Positions 20,801 through 28,849 of a stretch of 64,000 nt of DNA are shown piece after piece. Positions within the stretch are counted from its first letter, which is position 1; every line of letters starts with the position of its first letter. Origin of the DNA: a virus. Taxonomy: Duplodnaviria; Caudoviricetes. The notes beneath the pieces were generated by a model. That model had not been told where the DNA came from. It saw only the letters and a list, made by a program, of their open reading frames with translations, and did not search any database. The stretch lies in the IMG/VR virus record IMGVR_UViG_3300028797_000108, positions 1-64,000 of that record, one strand, 5' to 3'. A program made the position numbers and the translations under genes.

Positions 20801-22283
20801 GATTGACTACATTACCATTGAGGAAACAAAGGACGATAAGATATATGTGAACAAGAAGGATAATCAGTTGGTCGTGACTGTGAAGGACACAGTTCACAAA
20901 ACAACAAAAACCTTCCCAATTGATGTCAAGCTAGATACAGTTCATGTAAGTACTAAAAACATCAAGGACTATTCATACTTGATTGACGAAAGCTTGGCAA
21001 CAACCACATCTATCGGCAACGGTAAATTTGAAAAGAAGGAAGTTATAACAGACAACGGCGTTGTCATCACCTTGACCCAAGTTGTTGATAAGAAGGGTAA
21101 TCCTATTGACACAACCCAGACTGTCACATACACGGTTAAGCAAGATGGTAAAGATATCGTTATTTCATACAAGGTTGACAACCTAACAGGTCAGCGTATT
21201 TCTGACTATAAGGTTTCATACTCAATTGACTCTTGCACAACGGTATCTTACTTCTTAGATGACAACAAGAAAATCGCAAAGAACAAGGAAGGCAACATTG
21301 CTTACACCGTCACTTACGACTACATAGATGATTTCGGCAATAAGGCATCTTCAAAGGTTGACATAATCTTTGACGATATTCCGCCTTCACTTGAAATCTT
21401 GTCACCTTACGGCGGCGAGGCATTCAACCGAAATGCTATTCCTGTGGAATGGACAGTCAACGGAGTTAAGCAAGATACCTTGACATTGCAGAGACTTGAA
21501 AAAGGCGTCAATTATGTTATCCGTAGATATGTTGACAAGGCTGGCAATGTTGCTGCTGATACAGTAATGGTAATCATGAAGGAAGCAAAGGATATTGAGA
21601 TAAACATCGTCAACCCAGTGACGAAGGTAAATCAAGATAAGGTTGACTCCTTCTATGCCGACAACAAGTATAACCCGAAGAAGCCTTATACGGTGACTAC
21701 TTTGAAGGGCGATGATAAACCTGACCCGGTCGGTATCGGATTTAAGGTTGACATTGCTTTGCCTTCAGTATCACCAACGGGTGGTTTGGCAACGCTTGAT
21801 GATATCGTCAAGAACGGAATGATACCGATTGATGATAAAGGCAACATTGTCGGAGCTTCAACAAAGGGTATACCTGTTGACCAATATGTTGACGAACACT
21901 GCACTGAAGAATTCAAGAAGGACTATCAGAAGCATGGATTGAACATTCCATTGTATGATGTGACCTATAACATGCACTTGTGGGTTTACACAACACAAGC
22001 GAACTATGTAAATGATTTCGTTGTTGAATACACACTGAACGACGAAGACGAGGCTACATCTGCGGGAACCGTGACAATGGTGGTTGACTACTTGACAGAT
22101 AGAGATGGCAATGTTAAGGCTAAGAATGGTCACTCGCTCGGAACCAGTTCTTATATCACCAAGCTCTTCTCCAAGTCAATAGCAAAACATCGCTGTGACT
22201 ATAAGGAGCAACGAAAAGGCGATAAGACGGTTAAGAAGGAAGAAGACATGACCATCTTCGGTTATAAACGACCAACTAAATAA
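17805..22283 (+). CDS. Large secreted cadherin-repeat surface protein (Fibrobacter-like)
   Basis: Signal peptide; Calx-beta-like DTIVEPND; five cadherin repeats (FDYET, LDYET, FDYET, LDFET, IDYEK with N[VI][ND]E linkers and D.D.D Ca motifs); Ig-like DKAGN; C-term FGYKRP. Confidence 0.85.
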   Translation: MKKILFYIMAVLIAGAGAADYRPFTFENVATDTVSQQAEFDYMLQYKLYGTDYIKMGRRVIIPDKSGWNGSSGPITSAEQISLGGPVLTDSTITLGDGCKFTTGPIRAKSLTTGNDNGEALFAGKICLANAPTGQITTGINRGEGTLSCDSVPPAPVTLKMPTIVWPADGYQEDIILTENNQADTIHVPEGEGQYDLYFKNIHTCVGGKNGCKIYIQMEKNRLTRIFVDSLFIGNHTTISVILGDSVLPQSKYRGNVLIYSNKDIIFDNTDNVPIQGSYITTSKIYLKCNLDFSGQLLANQLEIGDDFKGENFHFVKYDPDTLDFPELNKQGGLRENDSTVIIPIQLSDTSTIDVFFTYCFDLKDGVTIEDFNQPPFIPICGDTAITTKIPIGGKAPIDTIKVNVKKDTIVEPNDYLIMHIDSITGAVLPNGETSGELKIKIIDAEAAKNTSVVLDKTDTIKTYQEELRIPPGTGIVGNIKYTDDGLAPLIWSIEDPSGLFTVVDGVIKTNHVFDYETEDTIYVVKIKVEDGEFADSANYTIKITNIDEPITVTGKVDPVYENSELGTPIGVITGVDADSTAVTYTINTTDFKIDPVTGVITTNTLLDYETKTSYPVKVTATSTDGSKKDTSFVIKVLNVNEPVHVRDTTFSVDEGKVGDLGKVIAEDEDGDPIKFTVSNTDDYRIDSTGKLTLVTPFDYETKKADTVTVYVTDGTFKDSAKVIIKVNNVNEDPKLQPNDSLTVPENCKSCIVGIITAIDPDKDPIKYDVIQPGFAIDSNGVLKLTEPLDFETTPEVKITVIAKDPNGGADTAIYVVKVTDINEPVHTKDTTCSVKENYTGKVCKVTGTDEDKTPPKFIITDTTNYSIDSTGVITIKNPIDYEKKTKDTVKVIVTDGEFADTATIIIRVLDEPETVEITKWDDEKPKDTVKTNDPDHRFEWQVCEGDTCNGHIETPHIKKDTVIKVCNDKKTVCDSIVVLFNDAPPVVTLTNAKSTDALIDYITIEETKDDKIYVNKKDNQLVVTVKDTVHKTTKTFPIDVKLDTVHVSTKNIKDYSYLIDESLATTTSIGNGKFEKKEVITDNGVVITLTQVVDKKGNPIDTTQTVTYTVKQDGKDIVISYKVDNLTGQRISDYKVSYSIDSCTTVSYFLDDNKKIAKNKEGNIAYTVTYDYIDDFGNKASSKVDIIFDDIPPSLEILSPYGGEAFNRNAIPVEWTVNGVKQDTLTLQRLEKGVNYVIRRYVDKAGNVAADTVMVIMKEAKDIEINIVNPVTKVNQDKVDSFYADNKYNPKKPYTVTTLKGDDKPDPVGIGFKVDIALPSVSPTGGLATLDDIVKNGMIPIDDKGNIVGASTKGIPVDQYVDEHCTEEFKKDYQKHGLNIPLYDVTYNMHLWVYTTQANYVNDFVVEYTLNDEDEATSAGTVTMVVDYLTDRDGNVKAKNGHSLGTSSYITKLFSKSIAKHRCDYKEQRKGDKTVKKEEDMTIFGYKRPTK

Positions 22284-22300
22284 AGAATAAATTATTTCAA

Positions 22301-22330
22301 AAGGGGTTGCCAAACGGCGCCCCATTTTTT
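22301..22330 (+). terminator. Rho-independent terminator (imperfect stem)
   Basis: GGGGTTGCC-aaac-GGCGCCCC plus T run. Confidence 0.6.
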
Positions 22331-22353
22331 AATTTTATAACAGAGGATTTGAA

Positions 22354-23268
22354 ATGATTGATTTAACTGCTTTAGAAATTGCTAACTGGTGTGACGAAAA
22401 CCAAATTCCATACTTTGCTTGTTATCAAGAGCGCCCAAGATGGTGCAGCGGTGAAGATACGAAGAGAATGTTCGTTTTCTTCCCAGATGGCAGAGATGAC
22501 GGCATTGTGTTTGAATTTCATACCAACGCTAATTCCTTCAAACCTGACCGTGTTGCATTTTCCGATGTTTATGTCTGGAAGTGGAAAAACGCTTATGAGA
22601 AAGGTCTTGAGATTGCTGCTGATAAAGCGAACCTTGGAGCTAAGCACATGCATTCTCCGATTGCTTGGCTTGACTATGGCGGATTGCCAAATGAATTTTG
22701 GCAGTATCAGCGAGTTGATGTTCGTCCTATCGCCAACAAGATTTACGGCGACAGAGACCATGAACATTCAATGGAAGAACTGAAAGAATTGACACTTAAT
22801 GAAGTCAAGCGTCTTCGTAAGAGAGAAAAGTCTGTTAAGAAGCAGCTCATCAAACTTGAAAGTAAGTTAGGTTTGCCGATTGAAAAGATACAGGAAATCC
22901 TTACTGAAACAGGTGAAGAATTTAACATTAAGATGGAACGCATTGCTGACCGTATTGTTCGCTGGCATACATTCTATCATGTGTTCGTTGCCTATAACGA
23001 TAAAAACGGAATGAAGCGTTGGGCAAAGGCATTTACTATCGCTGAAGGCGGAGTTAAGGATAACATCCTGCACCGCATTGAAGTCAGTTACGAAACTGAA
23101 CAGGAACTCGGTTTAGGCGGACAATATGTTTATGCCAATTCAACCGAAGAAATCTGTGAATTTGCGAAACTGATGCTTACACGAGCTGCTGCACAACAGA
23201 ATGCAAGGGAATATGCTCAGAAGCACTGCGTCTTCCGATACAATGATTTGAAGCCAAGAAGTGAATAA
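22354..23268 (+). CDS. Hypothetical protein
   Basis: 304-aa ORF with GAGG RBS. Confidence 0.65.
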   Translation: MIDLTALEIANWCDENQIPYFACYQERPRWCSGEDTKRMFVFFPDGRDDGIVFEFHTNANSFKPDRVAFSDVYVWKWKNAYEKGLEIAADKANLGAKHMHSPIAWLDYGGLPNEFWQYQRVDVRPIANKIYGDRDHEHSMEELKELTLNEVKRLRKREKSVKKQLIKLESKLGLPIEKIQEILTETGEEFNIKMERIADRIVRWHTFYHVFVAYNDKNGMKRWAKAFTIAEGGVKDNILHRIEVSYETEQELGLGGQYVYANSTEEICEFAKLMLTRAAAQQNAREYAQKHCVFRYNDLKPRSE

Positions 23269-23271
23269 AAT

Positions 23272-23298
23272 AAAAGGCGGGAGAAATCCCGCCTTTTT
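23272..23298. terminator. Bidirectional terminator
   Basis: AAAAGGCGGGA-gaaa-TCCCGCCTTTT. Confidence 0.85.
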
Positions 23299-23462
23299 CT
23301 GTAATTTTTGCATAATCTGTATAATTACTAATTTTTAGGTAATTTATCACAAATAAACAAGAACTCTGCTCAAAACTGTAATAAAACTGCCCAAATTTCA
23401 TAAATTTAAGATAGAAAATTTGTCAGTTTGCGGCGAAAAAGCCGGTTTTGAAAACAAAAATT

Positions 23463-23489
23463 GGAGCCCATGAAAATGGGCTCCTTTTT
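23463..23489. terminator. Terminator hairpin
   Basis: GGAGCCCAT-gaaa-ATGGGCTCC plus TTTTT. Confidence 0.75.
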
Positions 23490-23523
23490 AGTATGAAACG
23501 TGTCCGATTATTTCGGCTGGGAG

Positions 23524-24105
23524 TTAAATGTCTTCTGCATCTGCCCAGTTGTCATCCATGTTGAACAGATGGAACTTACCGCGCTTGATGGTTCCCGGTG
23601 ACAAGAAGATTGTTGCCTTTTTATCGGTAATCTTGAACTTCTGTTTCAATGCCTTTTCAAATCCGGGCTTTGCTGGTCCGTCATTGTATCTTGCATATTT
23701 GTCCATCAAGTCTTGACACTGACGATAATTCAACATACAGTCATTACCGTATGTTTTAGCGACTGTGCCATCCGGCTTAAGATAGCCAAGCGTATAGTCA
23801 TCAACGTATTCGTCTTTTTCTTCGTCATACGCATCAGTTGAAACAACTAGCTTGATAGCCCAGATACCTGCATTTATCTTTTTCCGCCAGACGCTGTCGT
23901 GGTCCGGTATCTTGCTCAGCTTTCTATCAATAGCATCAACTTCTTTATCTTCCTTGTCTGTCAATGCTCTGTCTCTGGCGCCCTTGAAAATGTTATGTCT
24001 TCTCAGATTAAGAGGAAACTCTTCATCATCGTGGGTGTCGGTGTCTTCTTTAATAAATTGAGCACCTGCTGCTCTTAATTTATCCAATGCTTCGTCTAAT
24101 TTCAT
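23524..24105 (-). CDS. MELNEA-leader family protein
   Basis: Probable start MKLDEALDKLRAAGAQFIKE at 24105. Confidence 0.6.
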   Translation of the reverse strand: MKLDEALDKLRAAGAQFIKEDTDTHDDEEFPLNLRRHNIFKGARDRALTDKEDKEVDAIDRKLSKIPDHDSVWRKKINAGIWAIKLVVSTDAYDEEKDEYVDDYTLGYLKPDGTVAKTYGNDCMLNYRQCQDLMDKYARYNDGPAKPGFEKALKQKFKITDKKATIFLSPGTIKRGKFHLFNMDDNWADAEDI

Positions 24106-24106
24106 T

Positions 24107-25351
24107 TTATCTGCCCTCATAAGCTAATGCTGCCATTTCTTCGTAATCCGGCTTGCCGGCACCACGATAGAATTTCTTGTGGTCCTTAATGTAGAATTGG
24201 TAATGTCTTTCAACTTCTTTAACAAATTCTTTAGGTGAAGAAGCGTCTCCGCCGCCATCTCTTGTAGCGTCAAAGTAGCTGACTGACAATTTCTTTTGTC
24301 CTGGCTTATTGTATTGCGGCGGCACAGCGAAGCCAATCACATAGTCTTCAATGTGTCCTTTCTTGCCAGCCTTATATCCAGTCTTGAACTTGCCTGGTTT
24401 CTTGAACACGAAGAAGCGTTCATTAGGTGACGAAAATGCAGGGTCACCATAACCCTTAGGCAATTCCTGTCCCATCCATGTTCCGACGTATTTCCAGCCC
24501 AATTCAACTAGGCCATCAAAAATTGCTTTAACCTTTTCGTCATTTTCAGGTGACTGGTTAAATGCCTTTGCGTATTCAGCCTTAGAACCAACTACTCGGC
24601 CTTCCTGGCCGTCTTCAGCCTTCCAGTATTCAATTGGTTCACCAGCACCGAATTCCTTTTGATATTCATCTTCTGCTTTGTGAACTTGGTCCCAATTTCT
24701 TGCTCGTCTTTCAAAGTCTTTATCGGTAGCGGCGTTGTGGCGCTTTGCCCATTTCTGACGCTGAGCGTGTGTCAAGCCGGCAGGCATATCAGCAACATCC
24801 CAATCATCGGTATCTTCTTTCAAAACCTTGGCGCCCACGCTTTCAAGCAATTTCAATGCATGTTCAATTTCCATAGATTCTCCAACTGTTTGGCTCTTTT
24901 GTTTGATTAACTCAATGACCTCATACAAAGATTCACAATCAGTCATTTCTTTGCGTGTGGCACTGTAAATTGTTTTTACTTTATAAACAAAGCCGTAAGG
25001 ATAAATCATAAACCTTACGGTAGGTGTATTGACTGAAATGCAGTCAGCAGAACAGCCGACATGAAATTCGTCAAATGCCTTCTGAATACGGTCAGCAATA
25101 CGGGCGTTCATTGTTTCTTCGCCTTCTCGTGCTGCCTTCAAATCTGTTTCGGAAAAAGCTGGGCGATAATTCGGTTCAGTGACGCGGCGCATAGCAAGTT
25201 CAGATGGAGAAGAGCTTGTTTGCGGTTTCTTAGGTCTAGGACCCATAATCGTCACTTTTTTTGCCCATGACGGGGCAATACCTTTTTCAATCTTTCTACG
25301 GTCCCAGCGGTTGAAATCGCCTTCCATGTAGCCTTCGTCAATGTCTTTCAT
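24107..25351 (-). CDS. Hypothetical late protein with an internal MELNEA-type module
   Basis: Internal MEIEHALKLLESVGAKVLKEDT (ATG 24874 preceded by GGAG); minus-strand late promoter at 25368-25375. Confidence 0.6.
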   Translation of the reverse strand: MKDIDEGYMEGDFNRWDRRKIEKGIAPSWAKKVTIMGPRPKKPQTSSSPSELAMRRVTEPNYRPAFSETDLKAAREGEETMNARIADRIQKAFDEFHVGCSADCISVNTPTVRFMIYPYGFVYKVKTIYSATRKEMTDCESLYEVIELIKQKSQTVGESMEIEHALKLLESVGAKVLKEDTDDWDVADMPAGLTHAQRQKWAKRHNAATDKDFERRARNWDQVHKAEDEYQKEFGAGEPIEYWKAEDGQEGRVVGSKAEYAKAFNQSPENDEKVKAIFDGLVELGWKYVGTWMGQELPKGYGDPAFSSPNERFFVFKKPGKFKTGYKAGKKGHIEDYVIGFAVPPQYNKPGQKKLSVSYFDATRDGGGDASSPKEFVKEVERHYQFYIKDHKKFYRGAGKPDYEEMAALAYEGR

Positions 25352-25367
25352 TAAAATACCTCTACAG

Positions 25368-25379
25368 TATTTATAAATA
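25368..25379. promoter_or_regulatory. Palindromic bidirectional late promoter TATTTATAAATA
   Basis: Perfect palindrome giving TATAAATA on both strands between divergent genes 25351(-) and 25395(+). Confidence 0.75.
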
Positions 25380-25394
25380 ACTAGAGGTTGAATA

Positions 25395-26297
25395 ATGTTT
25401 AAGAAGAACGAATTATTGCGAGCCGCCGGCGAAAAGGTTCAGATGACGCCCGAGCAGATGCAAGAGTATTTGAAGTGTAAACGTAATATCTTCCACTTCG
25501 CTAAATACTTTGAAATCACTGCTGCGGACGGTATTCATCCTATTAAGCTCCGTGGCTACCAGCAGCGTTTGGTGAAGGCTATCACGACCAAAGTACCTGG
25601 CCGAAACAACCGTATCATTATGATGGGTCGCCAGTCTGGTAAGACAACCATCGCTACGCTTTACATTACATGGTATGCTTTGTTCCATCCAGCGAAGATT
25701 ATCGCTATCTTGGCTAACAAGGCTTCTCAGGCCGATGAAATTATGTTCCGTATTCAGCAGGCCTATACTTCACTGCCAATGTGGCTGCAGAAGGGTATCA
25801 TCAAATGGAACCAATCAGAATTTATTCTTGAAAACAAGACAAGAGTATTTTCAGCAGCGTCATCTTCTTCGTCAATCCGTGGTAAGACGGTTGACCTTGA
25901 ACTGGTGGACGAATTTGCTCACCTTGATGACAAAGCTGCTGATGCCTTTATGAACTCTGTGTTCCCTACTCAAGCATCTCGTCCTGACGCTATGCTTTTG
26001 CTTATTAGCACACCGAAAGGATTTAACCACTTCTATAATATCTGGAACGACGCAAAGTTAGGGCGTAATACCTTTATTCCTTGTAAGGTTCAGTGGTGGG
26101 AGATTGACGGTCGTGATGAGAAATTCAAAGAAAAGATTATCCGCGACCACGGTATCAAGCACTTCAACCAGGAATATGCTTGTCTGACAGGTGACCAGAA
26201 GATTACCGTGAAAGACGATTGGGGCAAGATCATTACTGCGCCAATTGGACACATCTATGAATTCCAAAATGAATTGAAACAGATAAAGAATAAATAA
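25395..26297 (+). CDS. terL: Terminase large subunit (gp17) N-terminal ATPase half fused to a split-intein N fragment
   Basis: LRGYQ, Walker A GRQSGKTT, ILANK, SIRG, Walker B VDEFAH, ISTPKG.NHFY, FNQEYA, then CLTGDQKITV... and stop; no nuclease domain. Confidence 0.92.
   Translation: MFKKNELLRAAGEKVQMTPEQMQEYLKCKRNIFHFAKYFEITAADGIHPIKLRGYQQRLVKAITTKVPGRNNRIIMMGRQSGKTTIATLYITWYALFHPAKIIAILANKASQADEIMFRIQQAYTSLPMWLQKGIIKWNQSEFILENKTRVFSAASSSSSIRGKTVDLELVDEFAHLDDKAADAFMNSVFPTQASRPDAMLLLISTPKGFNHFYNIWNDAKLGRNTFIPCKVQWWEIDGRDEKFKEKIIRDHGIKHFNQEYACLTGDQKITVKDDWGKIITAPIGHIYEFQNELKQIKNK
26181..26294 (+). mobile_element. Split intein N-fragment (38 aa)
   Basis: CLTGDQKITVKDDWGKIITAPIGHIYE matches intein block A (C-L-x-G-D-x-x-I-x-V) placed at the conserved gp17 QE[YF]x|CEF site. 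Confidence 0.85.
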
Positions 26298-26300
26298 AAT

Positions 26301-26621
26301 ATGGAAAACCTGACATACAGAACCAATTTCCTGCAGACCAACACCGTTGACCAAATCGTTGAAAAGGATTTGGGTTCAATGGATTTTGGTGATTTTGACT
26401 TTGGTCCTGTAAAATGGTATAAGTGTTCAGAATACGATGTTGGTAGACCTGACCGTATTTCAAAGCTCATTTATGGAACCACTAACTACTGGTGGTTCCT
26501 AATGTGGTTCAACGGCATTTCAGATGTATGGAACGACATTCGCCCACAGATGATTTTGAAATATCCAGACATCAACATCGCTCGTGAAGCGATGAAGATT
26601 TACAGGAAGAAGGATAAGTGA
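26301..26621 (+). CDS. Baseplate wedge protein gp53-like
   Basis: RPDRISKLIYGTTNYWWFLMWFNGISD. Confidence 0.8.
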   Translation: MENLTYRTNFLQTNTVDQIVEKDLGSMDFGDFDFGPVKWYKCSEYDVGRPDRISKLIYGTTNYWWFLMWFNGISDVWNDIRPQMILKYPDINIAREAMKIYRKKDK

Positions 26622-27238
26622 TGGAATTAAACGAAGCATTAGATGCATTGCAGAAAGCAGGATTGATTGCTGAAGCAATAGACGCCAACCGTGAAAGAGC
26701 TTATGCTAAGTATGGCGCTACAACACCAGAACAGAAGAAACAGGTTGACTTTCGTCTTAACTTAAAGGCATACGGTGGAAATAACAAGTATGTCAGAGAC
26801 AAGTATGACCAAGAAGCAATTCGTCTTCGTAAAAGTGCCGTGCCTGTAGTTGAAGAAATGATAAAGCATATCGAGAAGAAGTATAAGGTTGACATCTGGA
26901 GCTACGATGATGGATATTATAATCCTGTTTCTGGTGCTCATAATGCTCCTGCTCAAAACTATCATAGGATTAAGTTTGCCTGCGGACCTGATATTGGCCG
27001 TGGCGGTTGGAGAATTGACTGGTATGTGACACCTGAACAGCAAGAAACACCTTATGCTGAAACAGATAAAGCAATAGCATTTATGCCTAGAGATACCTTT
27101 AGTAGATATACCGGAAAATTTGTGGTTGACGGCTGGGCTGAATTTGGTGGACGCAAGAAGAGCTTCAAGAAGGTACTTGACGAAGAAGACATCATTGCTT
27201 TCGTTGATGAAATTATTGCAGAAGTAAGGGGTAAATAA
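26621..27238 (+). CDS. MELNEA-leader family protein
   Basis: MELNEALDALQKAGLIAE. Confidence 0.65.
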   Translation: MELNEALDALQKAGLIAEAIDANRERAYAKYGATTPEQKKQVDFRLNLKAYGGNNKYVRDKYDQEAIRLRKSAVPVVEEMIKHIEKKYKVDIWSYDDGYYNPVSGAHNAPAQNYHRIKFACGPDIGRGGWRIDWYVTPEQQETPYAETDKAIAFMPRDTFSRYTGKFVVDGWAEFGGRKKSFKKVLDEEDIIAFVDEIIAEVRGK

Positions 27239-27942
27239 TGGAATTGGATGAAGCATTAAAAACACTTGAAGGTGCAGGTCTTGTTGCTGAACATTGGATG
27301 GGTACTCCTGATAACTGGAAAAAGTTCACTGCTCAAGATATCGTAGACGCATTATATAAGAAATTTGACCCTGACTTTGGTGGTCGTGATGGCTGGTCAT
27401 GTAATGTTGCTGCGGGCAACATCGTATATGTTTATCATGGCAAGAATACTGTCAAGGTAAAGATTAAGCCTGCTTTACAGCGAGTTGAAGCTGATGGATA
27501 TTATGAAGGTATTAAGGGCAGCACTGGCGGAACCATATTCATTTACAATGATAAGAATTACGTTAACCTAAAAGAACTTCTAAATGACATCGTCAAAGAT
27601 GTTCGCTATCTGGGTTCATTTAAGCGTCCGACACCACGCTTTTCAGAAAGCGTCAAGCTAGATGAAAACAAGTTGTCTGAATACTTGCTTGATAAGGTAT
27701 ATTCAGTGGCACAGGAAATATATGCTCGTGAAATCAGCGACAATGTGCCAGATTTAACGGTCAATAACCGCCCTTCTCAAGAATATCTTGAAAGATTTGA
27801 TTATCTATCTGACAGCCTAAAGGCCGCCGTCAAACGCGCTGCAACCGCATTACAAAGCGAGTTGAAAACTGAAGGATTTGATGTCAACATTGAATATGTG
27901 CAGAATGAGATTTATGATGCACTTAAAATGTATGCAAAATAA
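27238..27942 (+). CDS. MELNEA-leader family protein
   Basis: MELDEALKTLEGAGLVAE; coupled via TAATG. Confidence 0.65.
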   Translation: MELDEALKTLEGAGLVAEHWMGTPDNWKKFTAQDIVDALYKKFDPDFGGRDGWSCNVAAGNIVYVYHGKNTVKVKIKPALQRVEADGYYEGIKGSTGGTIFIYNDKNYVNLKELLNDIVKDVRYLGSFKRPTPRFSESVKLDENKLSEYLLDKVYSVAQEIYAREISDNVPDLTVNNRPSQEYLERFDYLSDSLKAAVKRAATALQSELKTEGFDVNIEYVQNEIYDALKMYAK

Positions 27943-27978
27943 ATAAAATAAACCAATAGATTTTTATAGGAGATCACA

Positions 27979-28410
27979 ATGAACGATAAATTATTCCTTG
28001 AACAGTGCAAGCGTGCTTGCCGTTTCATGAATGAAGCTGTGGAAGATGATGAACTTCCGCTACCGGCTGAAGACGCAGGTGCTGAAGATCTTCCTACAGA
28101 TGAACCAGCTGAAGATGGCGCAGAAGAAGGTGAAGAACCTGAAATGGTTCCTTGTCCGGACTGCGGCGGAACCGGCGTTATCACAGACGAAGATGGAAAC
28201 GAAACCGAATGCCCAACTTGCGGCGGAACAGGTGAAGTTGCCATTGACGAAGCAGAATTTGACTTTGACCCAGAAGAAGGTGTCTGCCCAGTTTGCGGCG
28301 CTCATTTGAACGTCATTGAACCGGAAGAAGATGACCTCGCTGGTGAAGACGATCTTGAAGGTGGAGAAGAAGACGATTTGTCTGATCTCGACCTAGAAGA
28401 CGATCTCTAA
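27979..28410 (+). CDS. Highly acidic protein with DnaJ-type Zn finger
   Basis: CPDCGGTG...CPTCGGTG...CPVCG inside D/E-rich sequence. Confidence 0.65.
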   Translation: MNDKLFLEQCKRACRFMNEAVEDDELPLPAEDAGAEDLPTDEPAEDGAEEGEEPEMVPCPDCGGTGVITDEDGNETECPTCGGTGEVAIDEAEFDFDPEEGVCPVCGAHLNVIEPEEDDLAGEDDLEGGEEDDLSDLDLEDDL

Positions 28411-28439
28411 TAGTTAGACTGCGGACATAAATTTTCAGG

Positions 28440-28471
28440 GACTGCGGAATTAAAACCGCAGTCTTTGTTTT
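28440..28471 (+). terminator. Rho-independent terminator
   Basis: GACTGCGG-aattaaaa-CCGCAGTC plus T-rich tail. Confidence 0.75.
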
Positions 28472-28509
28472 CTTAAAAATCTTTTTTATATTTTTACCCG
28501 AACAAAATT

Positions 28510-28805
28510 TTAAGCCGTTTCCTCGGAACGAACAGCAACTCAATGCGAGTATCGGTAGAGGGACGCCGTTCGGGTAGAATTGCTTACCCATTTCAACGAA
28601 CGACTAATGCAATAGCGAAGTAGTACCTAGCAAGTAGTACATGCAGCCGCCAATAGCATTATAGGATGTAGCCGGAATACAGGTTGACCGCTCCGTAAGC
28701 CTATAAGTAAGTCTACTTACAACGTCATACGGTTTACCCAGTCAAAACAAAGATTGGATACATTGACGGTAAGCTCGCCACCGGGCTTACAGTCTCCGGT
28801 TCCCC
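28510..28805 (+). ncRNA. Candidate structured non-coding RNA (family unassigned)
   Basis: ~300 nt with no credible ORF, GC-richer than other intergenic DNA, at least 6 hairpins, TTATATTTT element upstream; strand inferred. Confidence 0.5.
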
Positions 28806-28849
28806 ATATCAAACAAAGAATAAATACAATAAATAAAAAGGAAAATGAT

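Noticed and set aside
15500-22330. Host chromosomal contamination or prophage boundary
   Set aside because: Flanked on both sides by phage genes, with similar codon style and phage-type spacers; no integrase or att site seen (read support still unverified)
28510-28805. tmRNA, RNase P RNA, tRNA or group I intron
   Set aside because: No TTCGA T-loop or CCA end and no GAGGAAAGTCC; group I-like words (AACGACTA, GCAGCC) are not in P-Q-R-S order and no gene is interrupted
28754-28849. Upstream TTG start of the tube-like gene
   Set aside because: A late promoter variant and AAGGA RBS support the ATG at 28850
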